Of a stretch of 64,000 nucleotides of DNA, positions 1 through 14,683 are shown piece after piece. The position numbers and the translations under genes were made by a program. Location of the stretch: positions 1,773,745-1,837,744 of the forward strand of contig CM082591.2 of the NCBI GenBank assembly GCA_040954595.2, written 5' to 3'. Every line of letters starts with the position of its first letter. The first letter of the stretch is position 1. Below the pieces are notes generated by a model. It searched no databases, was not told the DNA's origin, and worked only from the letters and a program-made list of their open reading frames with translations. Source of the stretch: Balanoglossus misakiensis. Taxonomy: Eukaryota > Animalia > Hemichordata.

Positions 1-769
1 TTTCAGAAGCGCCCTCAGATTCAGAGAGGTCACATCGTTTCTTTGAGTCAGTTGACCCAGATGCGTTCGATGAAAAATAACGCAAGAGACTCATGGCTGT
101 TTTTCAAATCTCTGCCATTTTCCAGGATGTTTTACCCAACAAAATTGTGCAACTTTACTATTACTGTTACACTCACATGCACTTGTTATTCTAGTTTAAC
201 AAATCATTTAAAGGCTTTTGACTGTGATAGTACACATTTCAATGGCCTCCCCATGAAGACATAAGTAAAACAAATTTTCCCAAATCATTTAGCATATTTG
301 GCTAAAATTTAAGTGATCTCCGCCCCCCCCCCCCTCGGCCGTAAAAACTGAACAGTCTCTAAAGCAATGATTTCTGTCCTGATAAAATCGACAAATTAAT
401 GATGGAAATTACTGTTTTGCTGCTGAAAAAAACACACAAAAACCGCCTGCCTTTTTTGCTTCTTTTTGACATCACTAATTGCCCTTGAACATCGATCTCA
501 GGGTGTCTGCCGCGGCCGTCTGTACAAGTATTCTGCAGACGCGCGGACACATGGCATGACCTCTAACATAAGTTGCTACATCTTTTGTCAAGTTTTAGAT
601 ATTTTGTTGCGACCGGAACGCTGAGCTGCGTTAGTTGTTGCAATTTGTGCGTTACTATGTCAATGATACTATTTATAGGACGCCTGTCTAAAGATAACTG
701 GTACGCTGAGTGAAATGGGCAACGCGTACTGTTTCACGATCCGGTGAAATGCGATCGTGACTCGCGGTT

Positions 770-973
770 TTCCAGGAGTTTCAAGGAGAAATTTTGAATT
801 TCCAGGAGATTTCAGGAGTTTCCAGGAGGGGTTTCAAATTCCAGGAGTTTCCAGGAGCGTACGAACCCTGGCCGTGACACTTGCCCGTCGGGCGGCAGGA
901 ATTTTGATTTTACTTGCCCGGACGTAAATTTCACTTGCCACGGGCGTCGGGCGGCGGGAATTTTCGAGCCCTG
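770..973. mobile_element. Two adjacent hAT-like DNA transposon ends with subterminal repeats
   Basis: Reiterated TTCCAGGAG motifs (770-858) end in CGTACGAACCCTG (870). Reiterated ACTTGCCC motifs then end in TTTCGAGCCCTG (973). Both ends read CAGGG... on the minus strand, typical of hAT TIRs. The partner ends were not found. Confidence 0.45.
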
Positions 974-3900
974 TTTGTGACTGAAAATAATGCTCAAGAT
1001 AGCACAAAGGTGAGGCTGCTCAGACACATCCATTAGATGAAAAACACCCAAAATGTAGTTGCTTTGTGCTATCGATACGCCAGTAATCAAAGGCACAGTT
1101 CCAGAAGATCTCACAAAGCTAGAGAATACTTTCGGAAGATTTACAAAGAGGTAAAAGGCTGGATAATGTATGGTAGCAATTTTACAACTTGGTTTGACTT
1201 CGATATGTATACAAACCAGAATTCTAGAATTGGATATTATTGGACAAATCACCCAACTGGGACTTCCGTCAATATTGTTAACATTTTTCTTGTATTCAAC
1301 CATAATTGCCCCAGAGAAATGTATTTACAACTCATTGAGCCAGTTGTAATCTTACCTATATCGCGAGATAGTCAGAAATGTGCAGTTTTTTTCAATATGA
1401 AACCTGCAGCCAGAAGCAAAGATATTACCACCAACAAAGAGAAACCTCATTTATGCAGATCGAAAATTTCCCAATCAAACGATTATGTGGAAATTACACC
1501 ACCAATAACTGATATACTTCGAAAGAAAACTGGATAGCAATGGCGTCAGTAATGAGACGCGTAACATTTTACCCCCAAAAGCTTTTGTGCGAGTATCAGA
1601 CGACAATTTCGCAAATGTGTGTCTTATTCCCAACAAGGGTACCTAATAGGGGATTTTGGAATGATTTTCTTTGCTGCAGGAAACAGGGTTACTCTATTCG
1701 ATTTGATGTGCCCAGCAGGCAGGCAGAAGAGATCCCTTGTGTTTCAAACAATGTTCTTATAAGGTCAGCTCTCGGCGGGTAGTGGCATAATTTTGCCTCT
1801 TCGTGTAAAAAACATGCCTTCTGGATGTACTCGCCTATACTTTTTGGAAGAATTCACCTTTAATGTAACTCTGAGTATAATAAACCCAGTTTTAAGGAAT
1901 AATTTTTGCCGAAGCCCTTTAAAATTAATGAAAATTTCTAATTTAGGTTAATCATTCAAGTTACATGCAAATTAATTTTTGCTGTTTTGATTTCCAAGAA
2001 ATGACACTGCACATTGTATTTTTTACTGTGTCAATGTCATTGTCAATGTCAACTTTACCCAAATGAGTTGGCGAACTTCCTGTTAGAAATAATCCATAGA
2101 ACAATGTTAACATTCAGCTTACCACCCCCAACCCCCCCTCCATCTTCCCTCTGATATCCATGCCACTGAGAGCTGGCGTAAACGAGTTCCAGGTGAATGA
2201 ACACAACTCCATCTGGTACTTTGGTGTAATTTCATGCGTTGAAAGACATCGATAGACGTCTTCGCGGAATTTGAGAGAGCAATTTTCGGCTGAATGGTTT
2301 CAGAACACCTTCAATTGTTCCAATTTACAGGAGCGCAGAATACCCCCTGGTAATTATATTACATCTACCATTATGTCGGAAAATCAGCCGGACGAATTTG
2401 AACTACACCTCTTTTGTGAAATGTTCGAGCACATTCACGACCATCGGAAAAATACCCACACCACACGAATGTCCCAATTACTCAAGTTTCAGCTGGCGTA
2501 AAAACGGTGAGATGATTGCGCAAAATACCACACGCATCAAACATAACACAAATCTACTATTCTTTAAGTAACCGATTATGTTTACCCATGCTAGTTTATG
2601 CAAACTGTATACGCGTTTATTTGACTGAGGGACTAGCTGGCTAGGAATCATTTTTGGCTAGCAGATGCTCATGTGCCTTCTCAATTTTCAAAATTTCTTG
2701 AAGATATTTCAAGTTTAGGTCTTCATATAAATCTCATATGAGCACTGTGGTACTCTGTTCTATTCAAAGGCCAGGAGCATTCTGACAACCATCGCCCTTT
2801 AATGGTGCATCCTGTTAAAAGGTTGTTTTCTCTAACGCTGGTGTTGAATCGAGCCAAAGAAAGCGCTAGTGAACCACACGGCCAATATCACAGATAACGG
2901 TCGAGGACAAATAGATACCTGTATACGCACAATGTTAACAATGCCTCGCGCTGTTTTCCTCCCAAGAATTCTACAGAAAAGCCACTTACACAGTGTGATA
3001 TTGCTCTTAATCAGTTGAAGGGAGTAGCTAAATTCATTCACCTTTACAAAATACATGATAATGGTACACCATCCTTGCGAAGTCATTGACATACAGTGTG
3101 GTGTCTATGACGCATAACCTTCGAGAAAGCTGTCATTGAGGATTTTCTCTATATCTCCCTGAATTTAATTTTGCAGCGGCGATGAGATTTAGTCAATTAT
3201 AGCCCCATGTGGAGAAGTGTCAGTAGAATATACTCCAAAAGCAACATATTAAGTTGGTGGGGATAAACTTACATATAAGGCATGACGTAAAGCTATGACA
3301 ATTGCGAACGAAAAAGCCAATATCACCGGTTGATAAATGACAATAAGCAAGAAGAAGTAAAATGATGTTAGACTCATCTAATTGTTGAAAAGAACACAAC
3401 ATGTTACTTGAACAGAATAAATGTGACAAAACAGCGGAAAGTGGAACCAAATCAGGCAAGGCATAGTAAGTATACGTGAAACAAGATACATTTGGTTCTA
3501 ATACATACAGTGTGAAACGAGGTTCATAGTTTAAATGGCTGTGGTTATTAAGAGGTCTCTCTGTGTGTAATTTGAAAACACTTAATCCGACGTATTGGAG
3601 CTTACAGGGCCCAGGGTAAAAGGAAAATGCGCTACAAGGTTTAATTCCATGCTAATCCAGAAAAAAAAAACAATCTACAAGAGCATTTGCACTGGTAATC
3701 ATGTGCAAAGCTGCTTTCAGTCGAGTCGTACCGAGGGCTCGAATGATGATAGGGAAAATTCAATGCAACAAAAAGTGATTGCAAATGATATACTTTCAAC
3801 AACAGCGGAAACTGTGAATTCACAAAAGGGGACTTCCTTTTACCTGAAACAACTTTTAAGTGAAAATAAGTCCTTAACATTTGTCCATATGTAGCATATT

Positions 3901-5588
3901 CAAAATTATAAATGACCTCTTTAGGTTGTTTCCATAACTACGGTGACTTACATTTCCTGTTTAGTTTCAAAATTGGTCATCGCAAGCGAAATAGGTTAGA
4001 AAAGGTTTGAAGGGACTACCGGTACATTTGTTTTTGAGATGTATTATCTCGTAACGAGGGCATATCTTCAGACATATTAGAGACCTATAAAACCAGCCTG
4101 TCAAGATTGCACGAGGAAAAGCGAAGAGAAATAATCTTTCAGGCATGGCCATATTTTCTCATGGGAATTGTCATTTCAATTTTCCTAATTGTCCCTGGTA
4201 CGTATCGCGGGCACAGGGTTAACACACGGCGTAGCTGTCATTACCAATTTCAGACATTGCTGGGTCGCATTATGTGAGTTATTTTATCTGGGGCATTTGA
4301 ACGGGTCTCGCTTTGTTTTGTTTTTATCAGAAGATTTGGCATCAATGCAGGTTTTCTGAAAATGCCCTTTTTATGCCCTGAAACATATAGGGGCACATGC
4401 AGGGAGCTGGCATCATTGCTAACGACATTTAAATATGCAGGTATTTGTTTACGCGACACTTCTTTTCTCCAATGAGTGTGAGCATGCTCACTTTAACCGA
4501 TGACGCCATCATCCAATATGACTGCCTCGTGCACCCCGTAAATGTGTCATAGTTGGATCAACATGTCTATGGATATTTCTATGGATATTACCATAGAACT
4601 TCTCAAATAATCTAACTACCCTACTTTCTAAACTCCCCCCCCCCTTTCACTAGCTTTGATGCTAATAGACTGTGTCTCACGCGAAAGACTCAATGTGAGT
4701 CCCAAACTGTACAAGATCTCATCAAATGCAGATGTTGTGTTGATGACAGCATGTAAAGAACGAAGGCGTAAAAAGCCTAAGATTAACACTTTTATCTTTT
4801 ATAGCATCTCGCTTTTTTAAATAGGCTTCGACAGCACCCATAAAGATCTTCAAATTGAAGTTCTTAGAGAAGAACAAGAAACTTCGATTAAGAAAATCCA
4901 AAATAGGTTTAGGCCTATGCTAATGTCACTGAACCACGCCATCTGCATGTATTGATTTCTTGTACAAATGCATTAAAAATCAATGCCTCTTCAATCTGTC
5001 TAATGAATTAGTTGGCTAATGCTCAAGACAGCAATGTGTCCTCTATCTAAACAGCAATGGTCCAGAATATTTATTTCTATGACTGATCATATTGTGGACA
5101 ACAACTTTAGAAATGCCTTGTCATCAAAGCTCCATTAGGTATTACTAGTAACTTTTATGATAAGGTCATTTTCTTTACATCATAACTACGCACGCTTTAA
5201 TCTGTCATCGACTAAAAGCATATGTCAAACACAAGGAGCAGTTTATTGCAAGGAAAATAAACAGACACAGCCTCCTCCCCCTCCGACACCCTCGGGGGTG
5301 ACACGCGTGTTCCCAAAATCACAGGGAAGGGTGTTCATTCCCTATCACGGGTCCATGAAATCGACAAAAGGGGGAACGCACTTTTAAAAGAACTGGCTAA
5401 AAACGGTTTGAAATATCCCCGAGAAATATCTATCACACACTCAAACTTCACCCCGGACTTGAAATTTTGTGGAACGAGTCAGCAAGGATGCCCAAGCTCC
5501 GTTTGTGACCACCGGGAATGAAATCGGGCAGCTCCGTAATATACACACCTGATCAAGACTTCTCTTTCCTCATTGGGATAGAATGCGT

Positions 5589-5590
<2 letters not shown>

Positions 5591-5627
<37 letters not shown>
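5591..5627. repeat. (CT)n microsatellite
   Basis: Perfect dinucleotide run read directly. Confidence 0.97.
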
Positions 5628-5630
<3 letters not shown>

Positions 5631-6653
5631 CCGTGGTATTTTGATGAACAGGGTTGCTAAGCGTCTGCCTCCGACAGGATAATCGTATAAGGCAGACAGC
5701 ACGTTGTAATAAAGACAACGTTGACAACTGAACCGCTATTTATAGCAGAACCGCGCGGGAAAATACCAAAAAGTAGCAATTCGATATCAAGCGAACGTAA
5801 AAGTAAATACCAATTGCAACATTTTAGCGGGAGATTTCTTTACGATTTCCGGGCAAAGGAAAAGGAAGCGCCCGATTGGCTGCAAGGGATCTCCATCAGG
5901 ATCCGCATTGTGATACAAAACTCTGTATAGTTCAAATAACAGTTATTTGTTCTCTGCGCCCGTGAAGCACGATACGATTATAGAAATAGTACGTCTGTCT
6001 CTCCTGGATTTTGTAATTCACGGGGTGTTCTTGGTTTTTGAGTAGGGGTATCTTGAAGATTTGTGGAACGAGCATGGATGCCCAAGCTCCGTTAGAGTGA
6101 TGTCACCACAGGTTAACAGACTCAGACAATTCAATAAAATGAAAATCTATCAGTATGTACACTTTAAATGGGCAAAACCTTGGAATCGAAGATTGCGTCA
6201 CAAGGGCCGTGTGATAATCCTTCCTTTTAAGTAGCAGTCGATGAAAACAAATTAGATTTACTTTCCCGATCGATAGTGCAGACGACATTCGGTGCAGTTC
6301 TGGCAATTTAATATTGTTCTTGTATCTTACGGATTTGATGTTCATCTATACACCTCTTGGTTTGACAAGCAAACTTTTCATGGCAGTGTATTTATCTTTG
6401 AGAGAACGGTCGCCGTGGGGAAGATGAAATCGACTTGAAGAAACTGATGCACACCGCAGATATCAAGTCAATCTGTCTGAAGGGTTTGTATATCTTAGTA
6501 GGAAAAAGTGCAACGCCGATGATTCGTTCTACTATGAGGTCATCGTCTCATTTTCTAGTACTAATACTTTCACTGGAAGAGTTGTATCCATGGAAACACT
6601 ATATGTGATAGCCTATGTCACCTTATTCAAACAAATATCTGATTACTTCTGTC

Positions 6654-6673
6654 AGAGAGAGAGAGAGAGAGAG
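6654..6673. repeat. (GA)n microsatellite
   Basis: Short perfect dinucleotide run. Confidence 0.9.
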
Positions 6674-9600
6674 ATCTTATTGGAGAACAAATTAATAACT
6701 AACGGGAAAAAGTACAGAGTAATTGGATCGTGACATTACATGTTTAAATTCCTATGGTGCACAGTGTACTGAGACCCCAAAATGATTCCAAAGAAGAGGG
6801 ACAGACATATCACGGAATGTTAAATTTAATATGTACTCCAGTAATAACTCATCTGCAACATACATGTACTTCGCAGTCGAATATAATATTAAAAAACAAG
6901 TCCTTGTCAAAGTAAGCCATCTGTGATCAGAGACGGAGCAATACGAGTTAATAATGTCACGGCTTTAGCGTGGCTTGGGGGCCGAACTAATCATGGAGTC
7001 ATTTGCCCGATGCCCTGTTCTCGATGGAGATCTTTGTCGGCAAATAAGGACGTAGACCCCTGTGACAATGGCGTAAGTCTCGGGAGAAACAATTACCTTC
7101 GTTAAGTTCTATGAACTCGACGTTCATCAAAACCCAGATTGCAGGAAAAGTGGAATGAAAGATATGGCAATAAGCAGACATGATAACCAATGTTGACCTT
7201 TTTTTGTCTTGGATGACAAAGATAGACCTGGTGAACGGGAACTTTATCGCCCTATCCAGAAATTAGTGAATATTCTGATATCAAGACTAGTTTAGTTCCG
7301 TTTATTCAGATCATATTGAGTCCGTGTGATAGGATGGGGACGTGTGCATGAAAACGCATGACTGGGAGCGGATGATGAGAGGTTTTTGCTGTCAAGACAA
7401 GAAGACGAAGCCATCACTATAATGGACGCGTTGTGTCTCGCGGGAGGAGTTCGCACTCAGGTCGTCATGGGAGCGCCGTTAGAAAGTCTTCGATGTTATA
7501 AGTGCTTGAAACGCGAAAAGGTGGGTGAACACGGGGCTCTTACCTGTCAAAATGTCATACACTTAACTGACGATCAAACACAGTGCGCTTGTAATATGCA
7601 CACTTTAATTTGTTAGTTTTGATGCTTTTTTGGTGTGAAAAGAACCGCCAGAAATGATTTTGCAGAACGGCGCTGTTTTGCAGCATGCCTTTGGAGCTAT
7701 ACGTTCGGAGACTAAAATGTGAAATATGGGATGTCAAATCATATAACTCGACTACCAAATCATCTTTTAAAAGGCGTTAGACGCATTTACTGCTTGTAAT
7801 CATGACGTCAGCAAGGACACCAATGGGATTCATATGCGAGGACTTCAAAGCAGAATTTTCTCGCGATCACTCCGCGTGTTACTAGTAATTGATGAACTCA
7901 TCGAACTACTTTTTTTCTGTTTCCAACGGACTGGACTGATCACAAGGCGAATCTTTTAGTCCCCTTTTCAAAATCTCGGCAAAACAAAAGCGTCAGATGC
8001 CACTTCCGTTAGTTTTTGTTCTCTTTCACCGTCTCACTCTGTTTCAAACAAATCCAAACTTTTTTCTCGCGGGCTGAGCTCTACTAATATGTCAACTAAC
8101 AAAATTTATGCGATGCCAGTGCGTATTTACAAAAATCCTGATGCGAGTTTCTTGTTGCTTCGAGCGCAGGCTCTTTGACGACAGAATTCATTCGCCGTTT
8201 TTATCGAGGCGTACAAGAAATCTGCAAAAGAAATTTAAAACTCGCCGCTAACTGCAGACAGGTCTCTGGGGAGCAGCCATCCTCACTGCGTAATTATCTT
8301 TAGGTGTGCAGCGCATCGCGGGGACGTGTTCTTTGTCTAACCAGACGGAAGTGATTCTTTATCGACGTGGAAAAATCACGCGGACGTGTCTGTTTGCTGG
8401 AAACGATCGACTTGTTGAAGTAGTCAGCAAATCTATTTCTGTTCCTACCAGTCACGAACGCCGCCGTCGCATAATATATCTCACATCGATGAAAATCGGT
8501 GCAAAAACTTTCTTGATCAGTGTTTTTGGGGTGTGGCAGATTTATTGCATGTGTTGGTGACATTCGCATGTGACGCACAATAGCTCATTATGTTAACAGA
8601 AATTACAATTCTGCACCAGTATTCTAGTTTCATACAAAGCTCGCCTTGTATACCTTGCTGGCAACCCGTTGCTATGGTAATTAACCAAGTCTCGCGGGAT
8701 CTTGCAATGAGCGGAAACTATATTTACCACCAGAAACCAGAACACATTTATGAGATGCATCTGATGACACCTTTGGGCGATTGAAAGAATAAAATATATA
8801 TCGACACGCAATCACAGCATATTATTATCAAATTTCCCTGTCGAGGAAAGATATCTAGTCCTGTCATTTATATAGAAAGACATGTTCTTATGATAAATGA
8901 CAGACTTATCCAAGCGATGACACATTGACTAATGGTGAATATAGAATACTTTGTGGATGTTATTTTGACATTTTAAAATGTCATTGTCAGTTAAATCTGG
9001 AAATGTCTGCTTTTACATTCATTTTCGTTATTTTACTCATGCGAACTTTTAGCCTATACGAATCAGGGTCGCAACCATCACAGTGTTTATCTTAAAACAA
9101 GAGAACATACAATTGTCAGTACTGAGGGCGTCATTCGACCGACATTTGAGAGTGAAATCAGGCAAATTCCTTCGTTTAAATATCAGTATGATGGTGTTTT
9201 GGAAAATAAGCGCCACAATACATATCCATAGGCCTATTCCATAAAATCATATGTAACAACATCACATTTTCATAGCCAGTAACAAATACGTATACAAACA
9301 CAAACAGTACAAGTTTAATCCATATGGGAAATATGTATGTGAACCTCAGGCAAAAAAAAACCTAAGTAATAAAAGGTGTGCCAAGTGGCAAGCCAATCTA
9401 TTTATCGCCCGACATTTGAGCTATTTATAACCGCGTGTTTATAACCTCAAATCGCCATATTATGGCGATTCGTGTCGACGTGGGCTTTGCCTTGACAACA
9501 AAGAGACGCTATGACGAGCGCAGGTAAACATTGATAAACATAGAATAGGGGAACAATGGGTCCAAATTGCTTGGTGTGTGGCCTTTGAATACTGAACCCT

Positions 9601-11482
9601 CGCAGTCTGAAAATCGGGAAAGTTTACAAGGAAAACACATTCCTTAGAAAGAATATTTGATGTTACACCTGTTCATAAAATGGATGTTGGCGTGTGTACT
9701 TCACACAGTCTCTGTAACGTGGAAGACTGCCTAGTGCAAGGGATTACTTCCCCATATTTTGAATGGAATTTTCCTGTGACGTCGAGGCATCTGTTGTTAT
9801 GTAAATAAATGACGTAGGGTACTCTCCATTTCATTCACCTACATACGTTGTACTAAATTTAAACGGTAGCAAAGTGAACGCATACTTTTGATCAGCATCG
9901 TTGCCTGACAGACATTACATCAGTAGTGGTAACAGAAGAGGTAAGTATGCATATTTATTGAGAAACAACAGGAATAACCATCATTTGCTAGACGGCCCCC
10001 TGTGCAACGATAAACCCCTCGGACACTCCTGTGATAGACGTTTGGAATAACCTTGAAAGCGAGTGTTGGACGTGTACATTACTGTTCATTACAACGACCC
10101 TTCGAATTTGTGAATTATGACTACACAAAACTATGCAATTACACGAATATAGTTGCTGGTACCTGGGACTGATCCAAACTGTCCCCATCTGGTAATATTT
10201 GCTGTCAGCAGCGAAAGCTACGCAGATATATTGGCGGCGTTGCTTAGCAAACCGGGCGTCGCCTGTCTATAAAATATGCTGACAGTAACACACTACAGAC
10301 CTAGGAATTTATCAATCATTTACACCGGCTACCAATAACATGCCACCCCTATAAATCACATAACTGCTTCAGCGAAATATTAAATTTTGCTAGTATTTTA
10401 TCAAAATCCACATACAAACATACACTGACTGTAATATCCTTCGACAATAACAGCTAGAAAACATGCATGATCATCAAAACTAGTTCAACGACCCGCGTTT
10501 TAATTCGTTTTAAACGTACCCATTCACTTGATTTAATCATGTAAATTTGCCCATATGTAATTTTTGAATAGTGCCGATATATATGAAACTTTTCGCCAAA
10601 ATAAGCGAGACAAATTCACGTAGAAAAAAATCAAACCTTTCTACTCTATCGATGATTTCCTTCAAAATTCCGAACATTCTGTTGTTGATGCCCGCGGCAT
10701 TGAAGTTGTACTCTATTGCCAAGTCGTATTTCATGCTAATGGACCTTCGATTGAAGGACAAGATAAAAGCGAAAACAATGTAGTTAATCCCCCTTTGTTC
10801 AATCCTCATCAGATGTTGAAAACCATTATCCCCAACAGCAGACGCCTTTCACAGATTTCATTAACAGCAAAATTTGCGACGTGTAGTTCAATGCGTGGGA
10901 TTTAGCCTAAAACAAGCAATCATATCCAGTTCATACTGCAAAAATCTGTCAAGCCTTCCATAATTATTCTATTTCACATTACGTTTCATTTCTTTTTTTA
11001 TTTACAACAATGCGCTCCAACTTACTAGTAAATGAATGAAACGCGACAACATGTCGCACTACTGACGCGCACATACACATGATAGACTATGCCAACAGGT
11101 GTTTAACCCAGTTTCAAGGTCACGGATACGTCTACCGAAATGTTTGATATCACTCAAACTTTAATAAAAGACAGTTCGTTTTGTTTCTCGTGAATAAAAC
11201 ATGTAAACTAGGAACCCATTGATAAAGATTTGACGCAAAACGTCACACGAGAAGTCCGTGCGTGCGCAAAAAGCGGACAAGACGATCGATTTCAAAATGG
11301 AGACCACACGTGGTGGCCGATTGCGTATTCCATTAAAAAAAAGCTGCTTGGCGTAATTTTGAAATTAAATGTGGAGATTTCAAATATAAGAAATCAATTA
11401 TTGCCTGCAAAGTGTTATTTACTGGTTCGTTTTTTTCTTCAGATATTTTATTTTTTTGAAGATTTCAACACAAACCTGAACG

Positions 11483-14072
11483 ATGAGTGAAAGCCTGGGA
11501 GGTTGCGCTCAATGCGCCAAGATTCTTATGATCGTCTTCAATTTAATATTCTTCGTAAGTACAGAAAAAAATCATCCCTGTATTTTTGCAGTTTTTATCT
11601 GTGACACATGAAAGTGTGGTCGAAGGAGCTAGCACGAAAAAAGCACAGCTGTGCCAAAACAGCAAAAGTGATGACTCATCAACACACGTGATAGACCGTT
11701 ATTCAAATGAGTGACTACGCGTTTTGATGACTCATCACTTTTGTTTATACTTTCATGTATACATTGTATGCCCTACCCCTAACAGTTATGGTACCAAGCC
11801 CCTCTTTACACCTTTTCACAAATGAGGAATGTATACTAACTGCTCCCGTTCTCCATGACTAAACCAACAAGAATTTACTCAATGATTGTATACTTCGCAA
11901 AACTCATAGACACAAGTTGCCATCAAAACAATAGAATTCAAGCAAACCTTGGTGGCAAAAGGTTAAATGCATCATATCTTGTATTGATCTGCAACCTTCA
12001 CGTCACCACATAAATAAACTTTTATCTACCTGGATGGCATTTTGGACAAAAGCCGGTTTTACAGTATTACTCAATTTTAGGGGCAGGAAAAATATGAAAG
12101 TGTTGCAAAGCAGAGCTTAATTGAAGCAATATACAGTGAGCACATTCTTCTTTGTTCACAGGTTATTGGAGCAGCATTCTTGGGCGTTGGGATATGGACT
12201 GTGACAGATTTCTACAAGCCAGACATCTTGGCTATAATGGACAACCCAGCTATCACAAATGGAGCGTACATACTTATAGCAATTGGGGCGTTCATTTTTG
12301 TTCTGGCTGGTCTTGGTTTGTGTGGCGCTTGTTGCCAAAGCAAGTGTATGCTTATTTTGGTGAGTTCTTTGTCCTTTTTATTTCTAAGCTTTAAAGGGGC
12401 TTTAAAGGGACAAGCTGCGCTATTTGATATTACTTTTTTGGTTGTAACAAGTATAATTTCATTAGAAATTGAAGTCACAATATGAGTAGCTAAAAACTTG
12501 CAACTATTTCTGTCCTGTTAATCAGGCATGACTGGTGTAATTGTCCTAATATATAAAATAACTAATTATAATCCATTACCTTTTTACTTTCAGTACTTCA
12601 TCATTCTGTTGGTCGTTTTCCTGATCCAGCTCATTGCCTTTGGTATCGTCTTGGCATTTCAGAACAAGGTGAGGTTCATGCCGACTGTAATTCCATGATA
12701 TTGGCTGTAGTTCCCTGAGCTTCACTTAGAGTTGACAATCTGGTGCAGTGTTCAGATATCTTCAGGCATAGGTGCATCTTGGTGTAAAATATGCCTCTGA
12801 AACACTAAAGGTGGAAGTTTTTTTTTGTAATACAGTGCTTGCTCGAAATTAGAATCTGAGTAATCTGAGTGTAATAAGCTTGTTGCTCCATCTGTGATCA
12901 ACTTTTTTTCTGTTTGAATAGGTTGAGAGTTACCTGCGAACAGAAATGGAGGACAGTATGGACAGATACCAGGCCATTGATGGGACTGACACCTACAGTA
13001 CAGCATGGAATGCAGCACAGGCTTTTGTAAGTGTGATAGCATGGCCTCATGTGGGGCAGGGTGTGCTGACTATTTTCGAAACATCTCGCATCACTTCCTG
13101 GTCTTTTTTGCCGGAAGTCCAAGTATCTGTCTGTTACAGACTTGACTTTGTTCTCTGTGTTTTGTTGATTGTTTGTGTTGTGATTGTCTTTTCATCTGGC
13201 CATGTAAATACTGTGTATTTTGACTTCTGAGTTCATTCACAATCATGGGTTAGTTCTTTTCATTTCCAATTTCAGCTCCAATGCTGTGGCATCGAGAACT
13301 ACACAGAATGGCAGAGTACAACCTGGTATAGTGACCAAACACCGTATCAAATTGGCGGACAGTCAATCACCCTTGACTACCCATTATCATGTTGCTATGT
13401 GAGTATTTCATGTAATTAATTTTTTTCCACAACAGTAATCATGGCTTCACTTCATTTGCATTTTTGTTACAAATTATTAATCAACCAAATGCATCGTTAT
13501 AAAAAACTCTGTGATCTTTAAACTGGCAGGTTGAAGATCCAACAGCCATAGTGAATGGTGAGACACCGGAACCAGCTAACCTGACGGCATGTATTGGGTA
13601 TGGTGCAGCTATTCCAAATGAATTCATGTACGATGAAGGCTGCTACACCAGTCTGAAGAACTACTTTGTTGATAACATTTTGTATGTTGGTGCTGTTGGA
13701 CTTGGCATTGCCTTCATTGAGGTGAGTCATTGATCACAAATTTCTACAAAATGATAATTTTTTTTAAACTTTTACCTCAAATTTAGACAAAGTTGGATCT
13801 TTTCATTATTTCTGGCATGTCTGGATCAAAATTAAGTGATGTACAGCCTACAAATACCATATTTTGAAACAAATACTTGTAATTTGTGGTATCTTTACAC
13901 AGGTTTTTTGGCAGCAATTTTATGTGGCTTTCAAACTACACCTTATCTTTACAAAATTACACCTTCTTTGTGTGTGATAATCTCTGCTTTTTCCACCTAA
14001 CAGATCTTGGGTTTAGTGATATCCATCTGTATCTTCTGTGAGCTCAAAAAAATGGATAACACGGTGGCTTAG
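11483..14072 (+). CDS. Tetraspanin family protein, isoform with proximal last exon (ends ...CIFCELKKMDNTVA*)
   Basis: Exons 11483-11554, 12162-12359, 12594-12668, 12922-13026, 13276-13398, 13530-13721, 14004-14072; all GT-AG, phase 0, one open frame. Four hydrophobic TM segments, N-terminal CAKILMIVFNLIFF, and CCG, PLSCC and EGC motifs in the large extracellular loop. Probable 5' UTR acceptor at 11442, with a candidate upstream donor at 9941. Confidence 0.93.
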
Positions 14073-14683
14073 AACGCAACTTCTGATTCTCTCAAAACTA
14101 CCTGCTCTTCCTTTGCACGGGTTGGTGTTATTGCTCCTCTGGCCAAAATGACAGCAAAACCGGTCTGAACCGGTTTATCTGTTCAAATTTCCGTATGCCA
14201 GTCGAATATCTGAACACCAAAATTTAATTTAGAACATTTTTGAAAAGAAACAATGTTTGCTTTTGGCTGCGTACATTCAGTGATTGTAGGATTATAAGTT
14301 TATAATGTTTAAAAATATGCACAAGACAATTTCTGCATGATTAATACCAATATCAGAAATACTGAGTATCCTTTTTGGAAGCCATTATTTCATCACATGA
14401 TTCACACAGGTTTTGCTGTCTCCCCATGGCAACATCCTCAACTTCTTTTCACTTTCTGAATTTCTCTAGCTTAAAATCACTTTCTTTTGCATGAACTGTT
14501 GTTATTGTGTTGTCGTCATTTAATGTAAGCTTAAGATTTGTGTACATTATGCTGCTCACTGAAAAGTCTTGAATGACTTTATCTCCACTAACCTATGCAG
14601 TCCTGAATGGATCAGGTGATGCAGAAGGCCGTCTAGCTTCGCCAATATTCTCAAACAACTTCCTGTTTCATTTTCCCCTTCAG

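Noticed and set aside
812-1782. ORFs of 163, 166 and 80 aa
   Set aside because: No recognisable motif or coherent splice structure; partly overlap transposon-end repeats.
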